Source of the DNA: Candidatus Latescibacterota bacterium
GTDB taxonomy: Bacteria > Latescibacterota > UBA2968 > GCA-2709665
Direction: 5' to 3'
NCBI GenBank assembly: GCA_963667175.2
Contig: CAXXXF010000012.1
Span: forward strand, 1-64,000
DNA length: 64,000 bases
In this document: in pieces, positions 41,030-51,161 of the stretch
How positions within the stretch are numbered: the first letter of the stretch is position 1
Layout of the letters: every line of letters starts with the position of its first letter
Position numbers and translations under genes: made by a program
The notes under the pieces: generated by a model
The model's database searches: none
Told to the model about the DNA's origin: nothing
What the model saw: the letters and a program-made list of their open reading frames with translations, nothing else

Positions 41030-42039
41030 TACGGGCGGCAGAACAACTGGCCCCGAAGGTCGGGTTGACTTCCGCGTGCCGGGCGCTGGGTGTGGCGCGG
41101 GCATCGGTCTACCGTGCGCGTCAGCCAGCCCAACGCGGGCCTCGTGGCGCCCGGTCCTCGTCGCCACGTGCGCTTTCCCAAAACGAGCGCGCTACCGTGC
41201 TGGACATCCTGCACGAGGACCGCTTCGTAGACCAGGCGCCACCGGCAGTCTACGCCGCGCTGCTCGAGGAAGGGCGGTATGTCTGCTCGATCCGGACCAT
41301 GTACCGTCTGCTGCACGATGCAGGAGAGGTGCCCCAGCGGCGACACCAGCGGCGTCATCCACGTCTGGAACCGCCCCGCTTGATGGCGGATGCGCCCAAC
41401 CAGGTCTGGACATGGGATATCACGCGGCTGCCAGGAACCCGCAAGTGGGAAACCTATCCCCTCTACGTCGTACTGGATCTGTTCTCACGCTATGTCGTGG
41501 CCTGGATGGTCGCCACAAGAGAAAGCGCCACATACGCCAAGCGCCTGATCACCAACGCCTGCAACAAGCAGGGCATTCAACCCCGACAACTGACGCTGCA
41601 CCAGGACCGCGGCGCACCCATGACAGCCAAGACGTTTTCGCAGTTGCTGATGGACCTCGACATCCTGGCCAGCTACGCTCGACCCCGCGTCTCCGATGAC
41701 AACCCGTATTCCGAAAGCCAGTTCAAGACGCTCAAATACGCGCCTTCATACCCCGGGCGCTTCACCGGTCCGCAAGAAGCCCGTACCTATTTACAGACCT
41801 TCTTTTCCTGGTACAACACGCAACACCGGCACAGTGGACTGGGCTTACTCACGCCCGACACCGTCCACCATGGGCTCACACAGCAGGTGCAAGCCGCCAG
41901 ACAATCGGTGCTGGATCAGGCTTATCACAACCACCCTGAACGATTTGTTAAGGGGCATCCTCGACCACCACACGTTCCGGACCAAGTCTGGATTAACCAA
42001 CCACAGAACACCATCGAATGCCAACAACTGCTACACTAA
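41026..42039 (+). CDS. IS3 OrfB DDE transposase
   Basis: WTWDIT, HQDRG, DNPYSESQFKTLK, YN..HRHSGL; -1 frame relative to OrfA. Confidence 0.93.
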   Translation: MIRAAEQLAPKVGLTSACRALGVARASVYRARQPAQRGPRGARSSSPRALSQNERATVLDILHEDRFVDQAPPAVYAALLEEGRYVCSIRTMYRLLHDAGEVPQRRHQRRHPRLEPPRLMADAPNQVWTWDITRLPGTRKWETYPLYVVLDLFSRYVVAWMVATRESATYAKRLITNACNKQGIQPRQLTLHQDRGAPMTAKTFSQLLMDLDILASYARPRVSDDNPYSESQFKTLKYAPSYPGRFTGPQEARTYLQTFFSWYNTQHRHSGLGLLTPDTVHHGLTQQVQAARQSVLDQAYHNHPERFVKGHPRPPHVPDQVWINQPQNTIECQQLLH

Positions 42040-42188
42040 ACCCCAACGGGAGGTGTCTCATTTCTATTGACACGTTCCGGGTATCCGATCAGGAAATGCA
42101 TCGGTCTCTCGTTCCCGATAACGCCTGGCTTCCACCCAAGGACTCCATGATCCCTGCCGGTTCGCGTCGTGTTTATTGACACGTTCTG

Positions 42189-44288
42189 TCATGATCTCCG
42201 GCCCTGGTGCAAGGCCACATATTTACGCTCAAATGTATCAAGGCGCTTGCTAAGAATTCGATCAACATAGCTCCGCCTTTTGGTTATGGGACTTCGTGCC
42301 TTCCTTAAACACCTTGCGAATACAACTGTAGGTATCGTCATCACGAGTGTTTCGTGTTGGTCCCAAAACTCCTTGACCCACGCTCGCACCTTTTGACTTA
42401 ACCCCTCCGCGTCGCTACGGTGAACAATGATAACAAAGCGTCCGTATTGCCTGCCAGAGTATGACAATGATTGACGGAAGTCGTCAATGGAGAGATCCTC
42501 AAAGTTTTTTAACTCGAACACGATGTGTCTTGATTTGTAGTCATCAAGTACCCGCTTCCAGAATCCGCTCTCGGCATTGTTCGTCGCAACTACATCCCGC
42601 CGCTGTACACCGCCGGTGGTCGGGTGCAGTTCGAAGTTTTTCAGTTGGCCAGAAAACAGGATTCTGCAGGTACGCAACGTCCAGTTCTCGAAATCTGATG
42701 CTCCATCTCGTCCATGTCGAACATCCGTAAGATCTGCAACCAACTGTCCAAGCCGCCGATTTCTCAGTGCCGGCGCGGTATCGGAGGGCCTTATCTCGTA
42801 GTCATCGTGGATCTCCAAAAGAACATCAGTGGAAACATCTGCCTCGCGAATATCCAAAGCCTTCCAGTAGCAGGGATGCACCGCTACGCGTCTGTTCCCT
42901 GGCAAGTCCGATATACTAGACCGAGCTCCGTCGTGACAGAATCGCACGGCATTCGTCGCCGTCTCAATTAATCCCACGAGTCCGATGCTATATAGCGCGT
43001 CCAGTACTTGCGAACCATTGCCCAATATTGCGATGTCCCCAGACTGGGGTTGAGAATAGTCTAGTCTCTCAACTAGATTCTGAAGACCAATTTTAATGGA
43101 ATCAAGTGTCTGGAAAGCCTCACCTCCCACGAGGTGATCAATAACGATGCTCAAGCCAGGAAACACGCCCTCGTATTCTTTCCTCAAATCTGTAAGTCTA
43201 TCCAACGAAACTTGCTTCGAGGTGATCTGGATGTCGTCCTCAATGATGTCTTTTCTACCAGTGCGGTCGGCCCTGACGGCTGCGCTATTCAACAGTACCA
43301 ACAGGTCTCTCGGCCTGTACAGTGTGTGTTGGAGACAGCGCTGAAACCCTTCTCGACCACTTAGTCCCCTGTGAGCAAAACGATTCCAAACGCGGACATT
43401 GCTCTCTATATCTTGCAAATCAAGAACAACCCGCAACCGATTGGTGACGAAGTTAAACAAGGAGTCTTCATCCCAGTGAAGTCGCAGGGTGTTTCCTTCA
43501 ATATGGCGGGAGTAGTCGCTATCCTGGGCTGCCAGTGATCTGAAGATATTGTCTCGAATAAAGACCTGACCCTGTACGGGCAAGTCAGCGTCCTTGAAGC
43601 CGGAAATCGCAATTGCTAGCCCGCCAAGAATACCGATTGAGATAGTATCAGTGCTCCAGCCCTCATCAAGGCCGTCGAAAAGGAACACACACCGAGATCC
43701 GGTACTCTCCAGACCATTCCTGACTACCTGCTCCAATGTACTTAGTTCGAAAGTGGAAGCGATTAGAGCTGGCAACTCGTCAGGCGAGGAACAAGCCTTC
43801 AACACCTCATTAAGCAGAGCGTGACATCGCTGTAGTTCATTGAGTTTCAGAATGTTTTTTCGCTTCGTGAGGTACGCATTAAGGATCCCATAATCTCGAG
43901 TTGCATTGAACTTCCAGTGACTGCACAGATCGGAGGCGACGGTGAAAAGCACCGAAACTCTCCACAGTACTCTCGATGCAGAACGAACATGCTCATATGA
44001 ATCAAGACGGAGTTTGCGGATGAGTTTCAGAAATATGAGCGAATCGTGCTCTTCGGGTTTCACAGAGTGCGTAATCGATCGTTTATCATGAGACCATTCA
44101 GAGATTAGTCTGAGATAGAGCGCCGTTTTACCTGTACCACGGCGACCCACAATGAAATTGAAGTCGTCTGTATTCTTAAGGGCAAGATAGTCGCTTGTTT
44201 CGACAAAGGCCTCTCCGAGCATACGCTTATCCGCCTCGGCTCGCGCTGAACCAAGGATGTTTCCTGAAACCTGCTTGCGTTGACTCAT
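42189..44288 (-). CDS. P-loop ATPase (Sll1717-like) fused to a C-terminal restriction-endonuclease-like domain
   Basis: AEAD, VGRRGTGKT, FDGLDEGW, RPRD; C-terminal FE...RD...FELKN. Confidence 0.8.
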   Translation of the reverse strand: MSQRKQVSGNILGSARAEADKRMLGEAFVETSDYLALKNTDDFNFIVGRRGTGKTALYLRLISEWSHDKRSITHSVKPEEHDSLIFLKLIRKLRLDSYEHVRSASRVLWRVSVLFTVASDLCSHWKFNATRDYGILNAYLTKRKNILKLNELQRCHALLNEVLKACSSPDELPALIASTFELSTLEQVVRNGLESTGSRCVFLFDGLDEGWSTDTISIGILGGLAIAISGFKDADLPVQGQVFIRDNIFRSLAAQDSDYSRHIEGNTLRLHWDEDSLFNFVTNRLRVVLDLQDIESNVRVWNRFAHRGLSGREGFQRCLQHTLYRPRDLLVLLNSAAVRADRTGRKDIIEDDIQITSKQVSLDRLTDLRKEYEGVFPGLSIVIDHLVGGEAFQTLDSIKIGLQNLVERLDYSQPQSGDIAILGNGSQVLDALYSIGLVGLIETATNAVRFCHDGARSSISDLPGNRRVAVHPCYWKALDIREADVSTDVLLEIHDDYEIRPSDTAPALRNRRLGQLVADLTDVRHGRDGASDFENWTLRTCRILFSGQLKNFELHPTTGGVQRRDVVATNNAESGFWKRVLDDYKSRHIVFELKNFEDLSIDDFRQSLSYSGRQYGRFVIIVHRSDAEGLSQKVRAWVKEFWDQHETLVMTIPTVVFARCLRKARSPITKRRSYVDRILSKRLDTFERKYVALHQGRRS

Positions 44289-44357
44289 GTGCGGAACCCT
44301 TAATCAGGACTGATTGTAAGACGAAATCATAACACCTGCCAGTTTTTTGCTGCTTAG

Positions 44358-44571
44358 CCTCAATTCGAAAAAAGACAACCGTTAAATTCGCCAAAAAAAC
44401 ACAAAAAGGCACAAAGGGTATCGCTGCGAAACGAACCGAAAAGGTCGTCCGGAAGGACGTTTATTCCGTTCGCCTCCAGTGACCTGAAGGTTCGTGGAAA
44501 TCCGACGTCAAATCGCCTTGATTCACCTGCGTTTATTCGAATGAACGTTCCCGAAGAACTACGAATCAAGG
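44358..44571. mobile_element. MITE family R2, copy 2, flanked by TTAG
   Basis: TTAG|CCTCAATTCG...CGAATCAAGG|TTAG. Confidence 0.85.
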
Positions 44572-44694
44572 TTAGAATCTATAAAGTACTTGCGATCCAG
44601 GTAGGATTTTTCCAAGGGTTCTTCGGGCATATGCCGATCCCTCGCTGTAGTGAGTTTGTTGCGCCGGCAAATGATCTAACTCATCGCTGTGTAC

Positions 44695-45882
44695 TCATCG
44701 TAAGTTCTCGAAAAGAGTCCCTGAGAAGGCGTGTTGCAGAAGACCTGAAAACAACGAACTCATTTTTTTCTGAGCCAAGACGGTTTCGGCCAAAGCCGTC
44801 TTGGTCGCTCGCACGTGTACGGAGAATTCTTCCTGAAGTGCGAAAGGCGGAACAGGAATCTGTAGGGCTTTTAGCTTTACGCCGGTTAAATGTGAAAATG
44901 TCACCTTGGAGGCGGCGTCCAGCAAAGCGCCGCGCTGCGCCAACAACAGAAATAGAAATACGATATACTCAGAAGTCGCAGTGCTCGGAAAGGGACGTGC
45001 ACGATGGAGGGCTTTTTGGAAGTAGCACTCCGGTAACTCGTCATTCCAAATAGCGCAACGACCAACCTCTCCACCTTCACAGATCAGGACGTCTCCCTTC
45101 CTTAGTCTGAATTCATCGCGGTCTGCCTCGTCGAAGTCCATCTCAAGAACTTCGCGAAGGTCCAACCGATCCCAATAAACATTCGCATTCCTAAGATAAA
45201 AACGTCGATGTCGGCCAGTCTGCTGTTTTTGATCCAGCATCTTGCCAAGGCGGGATTCACAGATACTGTCAAAGCGCTTGAATGGCCACCCCATCGGATT
45301 CGTCGCGGGATCGCCGAACATCCTGATGAAAAGCGCTGGCAGAATGCACGCGCCTTTGGCATTGGCTTTGGCGCGGAGGCGGCGGAGGCGGTCGGCCTGA
45401 TCGAGAATGTCGACGATGCGGCGCTGCTCGGACAGAGGCGGAAGGGGGATTTCGAGCCTTTTGACATCGCTATCCGAAACCGCTGGGTAGTTCGCACCCC
45501 TTACGCTGGACGTCAAACTTGCGATAAACTCAGGTGCAAGTGTGCGGTAAAACAAATAACGAGGTTCTATGACCCGGCGCTTCGGGCGCAGGACACAAAA
45601 TCCGGTCGACGCAACTTGGCCGTCGAGATGCTCGGGTACCATTGCGACCGCGTTGAGGTTCGGCCGAACGGTCGAAACCAGTATGTCATCCTTACGGATG
45701 TCTTTTCGCGCACGACTTGGAGCGTTTACACCAAGTATGGTTTGGTATTCTGAAATCGTCTTGTGAATGCGGTCGATTCCCGCGATATCGACGTAATGGA
45801 ATTCGCGTGAGGGGACCCGGCGCGGATCGAATTGCCCAGTCGGTTCACAGACGTCAGCGATCGTTGCGGTATCCCATATCAT
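44695..45882 (-). CDS. hsdS: Type I RM specificity subunit
   Basis: Two TRDs, IPLPPLSEQRRIV, MFGDP, IPVPPFALQ. Confidence 0.93.
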   Translation of the reverse strand: MIWDTATIADVCEPTGQFDPRRVPSREFHYVDIAGIDRIHKTISEYQTILGVNAPSRARKDIRKDDILVSTVRPNLNAVAMVPEHLDGQVASTGFCVLRPKRRVIEPRYLFYRTLAPEFIASLTSSVRGANYPAVSDSDVKRLEIPLPPLSEQRRIVDILDQADRLRRLRAKANAKGACILPALFIRMFGDPATNPMGWPFKRFDSICESRLGKMLDQKQQTGRHRRFYLRNANVYWDRLDLREVLEMDFDEADRDEFRLRKGDVLICEGGEVGRCAIWNDELPECYFQKALHRARPFPSTATSEYIVFLFLLLAQRGALLDAASKVTFSHLTGVKLKALQIPVPPFALQEEFSVHVRATKTALAETVLAQKKMSSLFSGLLQHAFSGTLFENLR

Positions 45883-46104
45883 CACCCGCACTCCCCTTCG
45901 TCAGACTGCAGCACGATCTCATCCCACATTGTTTCTACGAGCCTGAGGGATTCCTGTCGATTGATCGGCTCGGCATCCGGGCAAGACTCGGGTAACGAGA
46001 CTCGACGGCGTACGGCGTGTATTCGGATTGTGCGTGAATCCGAGCGCGGTGATATCGCGGTCCGCCACCCGAAACAGCATCCTGGCACACTTAGCGTCGC
46101 TCAT
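45882..46104 (-). pseudogene. HEPN-toxin remnant
   Basis: MSDAKCARML...RDITAL overlaps the MNT end; internally deleted and frameshifted, no intact core. Confidence 0.55.
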
Positions 46105-46426
46105 AGAGCACCTTGCCCTCCCGCAGCGCCCGCGCCAGCACGTGGTTGAGGGAGTCACGCCAGTAGTCAACATCTTCGCGAGAATAGACAAGGACGTCGG
46201 CTGCGACCGGAAAGCCCGCCACCGCGTGGTAGAGTCTGACCATTTCTCTGTGGCGACTTCGCTTCGGGCCGAAGGGTTCGGCTTCCACGACAACCAGATC
46301 CACGTCCGAATCCTGCCGTTCATCGCCGCGCCCTCGGGAGCCGAAGAGGATCACCTGTTCCGGATCGACTTCGTCGACGATCGCTTGAACCATGTCGTCG
46401 ATTAAAGTGTCGGTAACGTGAGTCAT
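46091..46426 (-). CDS. Minimal nucleotidyltransferase (MNT antitoxin)
   Basis: ILFGSRGRG....SDVDL, EGKVLYE. Confidence 0.9.
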   Translation of the reverse strand: MTHVTDTLIDDMVQAIVDEVDPEQVILFGSRGRGDERQDSDVDLVVVEAEPFGPKRSRHREMVRLYHAVAGFPVAADVLVYSREDVDYWRDSLNHVLARALREGKVLYERR

Positions 46427-46431
46427 CGGTC

Positions 46432-46668
46432 CTAGCCGCGCTTCCACGATTTTCGCAGTTCACGCTGTAATCCAACCGGATCGTCAACCTCTCGAAATGC
46501 CTGAATCTTGCCAGCGAGGCTCATCAGGCGTTGGTTGGACTGCGTGTTTTGTATCTCGTCGTCCTGCAGGTAGACGACGACTCGGGCCTTCCTGCCAAAT
46601 GCTTCACGGAAGTCCTGTGGCAACGTGCCGTCCGCAGGGATCACGATATCTTTGTCAATCGATTTCAC
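46432..46668 (-). CDS. Small antitoxin-like hypothetical protein
   Basis: GGAGG RBS with GTG start; LMSLAG...DPVGLQRELRKSW resembles VapB-like C-termini. Confidence 0.6.
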   Translation of the reverse strand: MKSIDKDIVIPADGTLPQDFREAFGRKARVVVYLQDDEIQNTQSNQRLMSLAGKIQAFREVDDPVGLQRELRKSWKRG

Positions 46669-46826
46669 TGTTTTACCTCCTTTGCATCCCTTCCGGGAGT
46701 TCGGCCAGCAACCTGGAGTCAGTGATGACAATTGCGCTACGTCACAAGTATACTGAAACGCGGGAATTGTGTCAATGAAGCGGGGATTGTTGACAGGGGA
46801 TACAGCGGGAAGGCAGGCGCGTCGGG

Positions 46827-48473
46827 TTACTTTTCTACCTCTTTTAGCAGCTTCTCCAACCCTTCTGTAATCTTTCGTTCGATCGCCAGCACTTCGCGGA
46901 TGAGTTCGGCCGGATCTTCGTCGGGAACGGGTTCCGCTACACGGGGTTTGTAACGAGAAGCCGCGAGATTGTAGTCGTTCTCGGCGATTGTTTCGTACGA
47001 CGACCACCAGCACGCCGGCTCGTCCGTTCCGGGTTCGAGCAGGGCGTTGGCCGCTTCCCCCGGCGGCTTCTCAAATCGCGACGCCCTGTATTCGCTCCAC
47101 GCCGAAAGCAGGCCGGGGACGTCGTTCTTCTCCGGCGTCTCAGGGCGAACGCCGCCCTGAATCTTGTCGGGATCGTACCCGTCGTTCCCGATCTCATAGA
47201 ACCAGACCCGTCCGGTGGCGGTCTGCCCTTCCTCGAGATCGGACACCGGGCGGCGAAACACGAGAACTGACGTCTTGACGCCTGCGTAGGGTTTGAATAC
47301 GCCCGCGGGCAGCGATACGACGGCCAACAACTCGCACTGCCGCAACAGATTTTCCCGCAGGTCCTTGTGGGCTCGCGTCGAGCCGAAGAGCGCGCCTTCG
47401 GGTACGACCACCGCACAGCGCCCGCCCGGCGCCAGCGAGCGCAGCATCAGACCCAGGAAAAGGAGTTCACTCTTCCGGGACTTCGAAGGCAGGTCCTGGC
47501 GGATCGACTCGCTCGGAATCTGCCCGGCGAACGGCGGATTCGAGAGGATGACGCGATAGCGACGGTTCAGATCGTCTTCCGTAAGACCGCTCATTTCCGA
47601 CAGGACGTTTCCACGCTTGAGATTTGCCCGCCGGATGCCGTGCAGCACCAGGTTCATCATGGAGATCCGCATCATCTGCCGAGATACGTCGGTACCGTAG
47701 ATGGAGGCTTCGAACAAACCCCAATCCGGGATCTTCTCTCCGGCGCCCTTCCGGTAGGTCTGAAGCTTCGGAATCTCTTTCCTGACCTGATCCAGCGTCT
47801 GACCTCGATTCTCGAGCCAGTCCTCGCCGTAGATGGGCACTTCCTGAGACGCTTCGCTGTAGCGTGCGAGGACGTGGTCCACAACGTCGATAAGAAAACC
47901 GGCCGTACCGCATGCCGGGTCGTACACCGTGTCGCCCAAATCGGGATCGACCATCTCCACCATAAAGGCACGGATCTGGCGAGGCGTTCGGAACTGACCG
48001 TTCAGTGCCGACTGACCGAGATGGGTTAGCAAGTACTCGAAGATGTCACCCTTGATGTCCGGGCCGAGCTTGCGGAAATCGATTCCATCAAGTTCGTCAA
48101 CCACCTGTTTCAGCACGTTCGGATCGACGATTTCAAGCACCGCGTCGCGAAAATACTCCGCGACCTGCGGGTCGTCCTTCACCAGCGACGCCATATACGG
48201 AAACACTTCGTCACGGACGAAGTTCCGCAGTTCCTCCCCGCTCTTGAAATGCCAACCGGACCAGCGGAACCGGTCGGTCTGGCCTGGAAACAGACGGGCG
48301 TCATCTCCAGCGCCGAGGCGACCCTGGAGTTCTCGGACGGACTCCTCCTCATCCAGAAGTTTCAGGTAGATGAGGTACGAAATCTGCTCGATGTACGTGA
48401 CCGGATTGGTCACACCGCCCGCCCACAGAATATCCGTGATCCGGTCGAGCTTTCGTCTCAGCGTCTGGTCCAT
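46827..48473 (-). CDS. hsdM: Type I RM N6-adenine methyltransferase
   Basis: GQFRTPR, DPACGTAGF, NPPF, FKPYAGV. Confidence 0.95.
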   Translation of the reverse strand: MDQTLRRKLDRITDILWAGGVTNPVTYIEQISYLIYLKLLDEEESVRELQGRLGAGDDARLFPGQTDRFRWSGWHFKSGEELRNFVRDEVFPYMASLVKDDPQVAEYFRDAVLEIVDPNVLKQVVDELDGIDFRKLGPDIKGDIFEYLLTHLGQSALNGQFRTPRQIRAFMVEMVDPDLGDTVYDPACGTAGFLIDVVDHVLARYSEASQEVPIYGEDWLENRGQTLDQVRKEIPKLQTYRKGAGEKIPDWGLFEASIYGTDVSRQMMRISMMNLVLHGIRRANLKRGNVLSEMSGLTEDDLNRRYRVILSNPPFAGQIPSESIRQDLPSKSRKSELLFLGLMLRSLAPGGRCAVVVPEGALFGSTRAHKDLRENLLRQCELLAVVSLPAGVFKPYAGVKTSVLVFRRPVSDLEEGQTATGRVWFYEIGNDGYDPDKIQGGVRPETPEKNDVPGLLSAWSEYRASRFEKPPGEAANALLEPGTDEPACWWSSYETIAENDYNLAASRYKPRVAEPVPDEDPAELIREVLAIERKITEGLEKLLKEVEK

Positions 48474-48547
48474 TTTAGCACGTTCTCAAGTCGCCGGGGG
48501 CAATATGGTTGTGGCAGTTGATTTCAGCCACGTATTTTTCTTTTCTT

Positions 48548-48761
48548 GCCCCATTAATTCATAAAATGAAACTTACATGGATGGACGGGATGTACAGGAT
48601 GAAAACCAAAAAGCACGACAAAGGCACGAGAAAACGAGGAACGGCAATGACGGGAATACATGCCTTTGGACGACCTCAACACGCCGTTTCGCAGCCATGC
48701 CCTTTGTGTCTTTTGTGCTTTTTGTGGCTGATTTTTCGGTTGTCTATTTTCGATTTGAGGC
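48548..48761. repeat. Modular repeat, R1/R2 hybrid, copy c
   Basis: ACTTACATGGATGGACGGGATGTACAGGATGAAAA at the left; right end TTTTCGATTTGAGG|CTAA is the reverse complement of the R2 left end. Confidence 0.85.
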
Positions 48762-48767
48762 TAAGTG

Positions 48768-51077
48768 TCAGCTCGCCGTTCTGAAGACGTCTGCGTCCAG
48801 CCGCTCGACCACCTGCCTGAGTCCGTCCTCGCCGAAGAGTTCGACTCCCTTCCCGGCCGCGTCGAGGATGGATAGCGGGGGTTCGAAGAGGTCGTCGAGG
48901 CGAACGTGACCGGTGGCGATACCCCGGTTCTTGAGCAGGCAGAGATACTCGGCTTGACGTGGCGTGAATGAGCCCGAGACGAGCCAGGCGCGGAAGGATT
49001 CCTCCAGCTTTTCCTCTCGGCTCTTGATGGTCAGCCTGCCGAGGGCGGCGCGAATGAAGTCGATCAGGTTGCCGCCGGGGTCTCCGTAGGCGCGGCGCAG
49101 GTTATCCTCGTTAAAGTAATGTTCGGGGCGATTCAGACGCCGTACGAGTTCCTCCTCCTCCTCCGGAGATAGGGGTTTGTCGTCCCTCACTTTGCCGAGC
49201 AATGGATCGTCGTCCAACCCAACCTGAACCGATTCCTCCCATCGAGTGACGTATTCCGATTTGTCGATGCGCTCTCCCTCGGGGCCCACTTCAATGTAGG
49301 AGACCGCTTCGAGCCACTCATCGTCGAGGCCCAACTCGACAAGCTCGCGAGAAGGGTCCGGAGTCATCGGATCGGCGCCCGGCGCCGGACCGCCACCTGC
49401 GCCCGTGAAGACGTCGGTGTCACTATCGTTGAAGTACTGGTGATTTCTGAAGAAATCGTAAATCACGAACTTTCTCTTCTGAATGTGCGGCGCGGTACGG
49501 GTGCCGCGGCCTCGCATCTGCTGGTAGAGGATCGGACTTCGCACCCGTCGACAAAGCACGAGATGGAGGATCTCCCGGCAGTCGAAGCCGGTGTCCAGCA
49601 TCCCAACGCTCACCGCGATCATCGGATACGTCTCGGTCTTGAACTTCCGAATCAGAGCGTCCGGATCGGCGACGTCGGAAGTGATCACTTCGGCGTATCG
49701 TCCCTTGTCTTCCGGATGCAGTTCGTTGAGAACCTGCGCCAGTCGCGCTGCGTGACGCTTTGTAATCGCGAAAACGATCGATTTTCCGGGGCCGGGATCC
49801 TGACCGGGCGCCAACTCAACATAGCTCTTCCATGCCAACCGGTCGAATTCCCGCATCATGAGCCGGTTCGTCTCCTCGTTGGTCCAGCGGCGCTCGAACG
49901 CTACCGGGTCGTAGCGCTCGTCGTCAACGTCGGCGCCCTCGGCGAGAATCTCGGTGATGCCGGTTGCGAATCGGTACGGCGCCAGGTACTCTTCGCGAAA
50001 CGCATCCTTGATCGAATAGGCAAAGTTGGGGCTGCCCTGTTCGCATTGATAAAAGTCGTAGGTGTTGCGTTCGATGCAGGCGGCCGGTGTCGCGGTAAGG
50101 CCGACGTGGAAAGCCTCGAATCCGGTGAGCGCCGCCTGCCATGCGCCGTAGATGGAGCGATGGCACTCGTCGGCGATGACGACGTCGAAGTAGCCTGACG
50201 TATACGCTTCCATGCGTCCGATCATGGTCTGAAGCAATGCCACCGTGATCTGCTGTTCCTGCCTCGCCATCCCGGGGCGCAGCCAGTAACTCGGGTAAAC
50301 CGCAAGAATATCCTGGATCGCTTCCAGGGCTTGCTTTGCCAGTTGCTCCCGGTCCACCAGAAAGAGCACACGTTCGGCCCAGCCGGCGTCGAACAGTCGT
50401 TTGAGGTAAAGGCAAATGAGATCCGTCTTCCCCGTACCCGTCGGGAGTTCGATCAGGAATCGGCGCTTCCCCAGTTCCATCGCGTGGTCGAGCGCCTTCA
50501 TTGCCTCGACCTGATAGGGCCGCACCGTGCGGGTCTCGCCCTGGCGGATGTAATGCTCGGGAATCTCCACCGTCGCCAGGGCACGCCGGCCTGCGCGCAT
50601 CGTGACCGTGCGTTCGAGGTCGCGTCGCGAAAAGAAGCCGGTGATGGGGCGGGCGTCGGCGTTCCCGTAGTCCCAGAAGTATATCAGCTCGCCGTTGGTC
50701 AGAAAGATGAACGGGGCGCCGAGCGCCTTTGCGTAGGGCAACGCCTGCTGCCTGGCAACGTAGGGGTTGATGGCGTTTTTCTTCGCCTCGATCACCGCAA
50801 GCGGACGGCCGCGACCGTCGTAGAGGACGTAATCCGCGCGCCCGCGCGTCGAGCCAGTTGTGCCGGCGGGCTCGCCCTCCGATTCATCGGTCACTGCGGA
50901 CGAATCGCCGTATCCGTCAGCCGACTCTCTTGCGACAATGGCTTCTGACAGATGGACCTCCGCACGCACCATCGACTTGTCCGCGGGGTCCCATCCGGCT
51001 TGCCGCAGCAGATCGTCGATCGCGATGCGGGCGTCCGCCTCGCTTCCGGTCACATTCACTTGTGATTTCTGTGCCAT
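48768..51077 (-). CDS. hsdR: Type I RM restriction subunit (EcoEI-like)
   Basis: ADY..IEAKK nuclease motif, PTGTGKT, DECH, TAT, QMRGRGTR; start uncertain. Confidence 0.95.
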   Translation of the reverse strand: MAQKSQVNVTGSEADARIAIDDLLRQAGWDPADKSMVRAEVHLSEAIVARESADGYGDSSAVTDESEGEPAGTTGSTRGRADYVLYDGRGRPLAVIEAKKNAINPYVARQQALPYAKALGAPFIFLTNGELIYFWDYGNADARPITGFFSRRDLERTVTMRAGRRALATVEIPEHYIRQGETRTVRPYQVEAMKALDHAMELGKRRFLIELPTGTGKTDLICLYLKRLFDAGWAERVLFLVDREQLAKQALEAIQDILAVYPSYWLRPGMARQEQQITVALLQTMIGRMEAYTSGYFDVVIADECHRSIYGAWQAALTGFEAFHVGLTATPAACIERNTYDFYQCEQGSPNFAYSIKDAFREEYLAPYRFATGITEILAEGADVDDERYDPVAFERRWTNEETNRLMMREFDRLAWKSYVELAPGQDPGPGKSIVFAITKRHAARLAQVLNELHPEDKGRYAEVITSDVADPDALIRKFKTETYPMIAVSVGMLDTGFDCREILHLVLCRRVRSPILYQQMRGRGTRTAPHIQKRKFVIYDFFRNHQYFNDSDTDVFTGAGGGPAPGADPMTPDPSRELVELGLDDEWLEAVSYIEVGPEGERIDKSEYVTRWEESVQVGLDDDPLLGKVRDDKPLSPEEEEELVRRLNRPEHYFNEDNLRRAYGDPGGNLIDFIRAALGRLTIKSREEKLEESFRAWLVSGSFTPRQAEYLCLLKNRGIATGHVRLDDLFEPPLSILDAAGKGVELFGEDGLRQVVERLDADVFRTAS

Positions 51078-51094
51078 AGAGACAGTTAATATAG

Positions 51095-51109
51095 GCAAAC
51101 CGCGTGCCA
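51095..51109 (-). promoter_or_regulatory. sigma54 promoter, copy 2
   Basis: TGGCACG-CGGT-TTGC directly upstream of hsdR. Confidence 0.8.
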
Positions 51110-51161
51110 TTGTCCACCAATGGCAATGACACGCGAAATCTGCCTCGTATCTCATCAAATA

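Larger units (their letters stand above)
40488..42075 (+). mobile_element. IS3-family insertion sequence
   Basis: Left end ACGTGCCAATATAGGGTGAGACA, right end TGTCTCATTTCTATTGACACGT; OrfA plus DDE OrfB inside. Confidence 0.9.
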
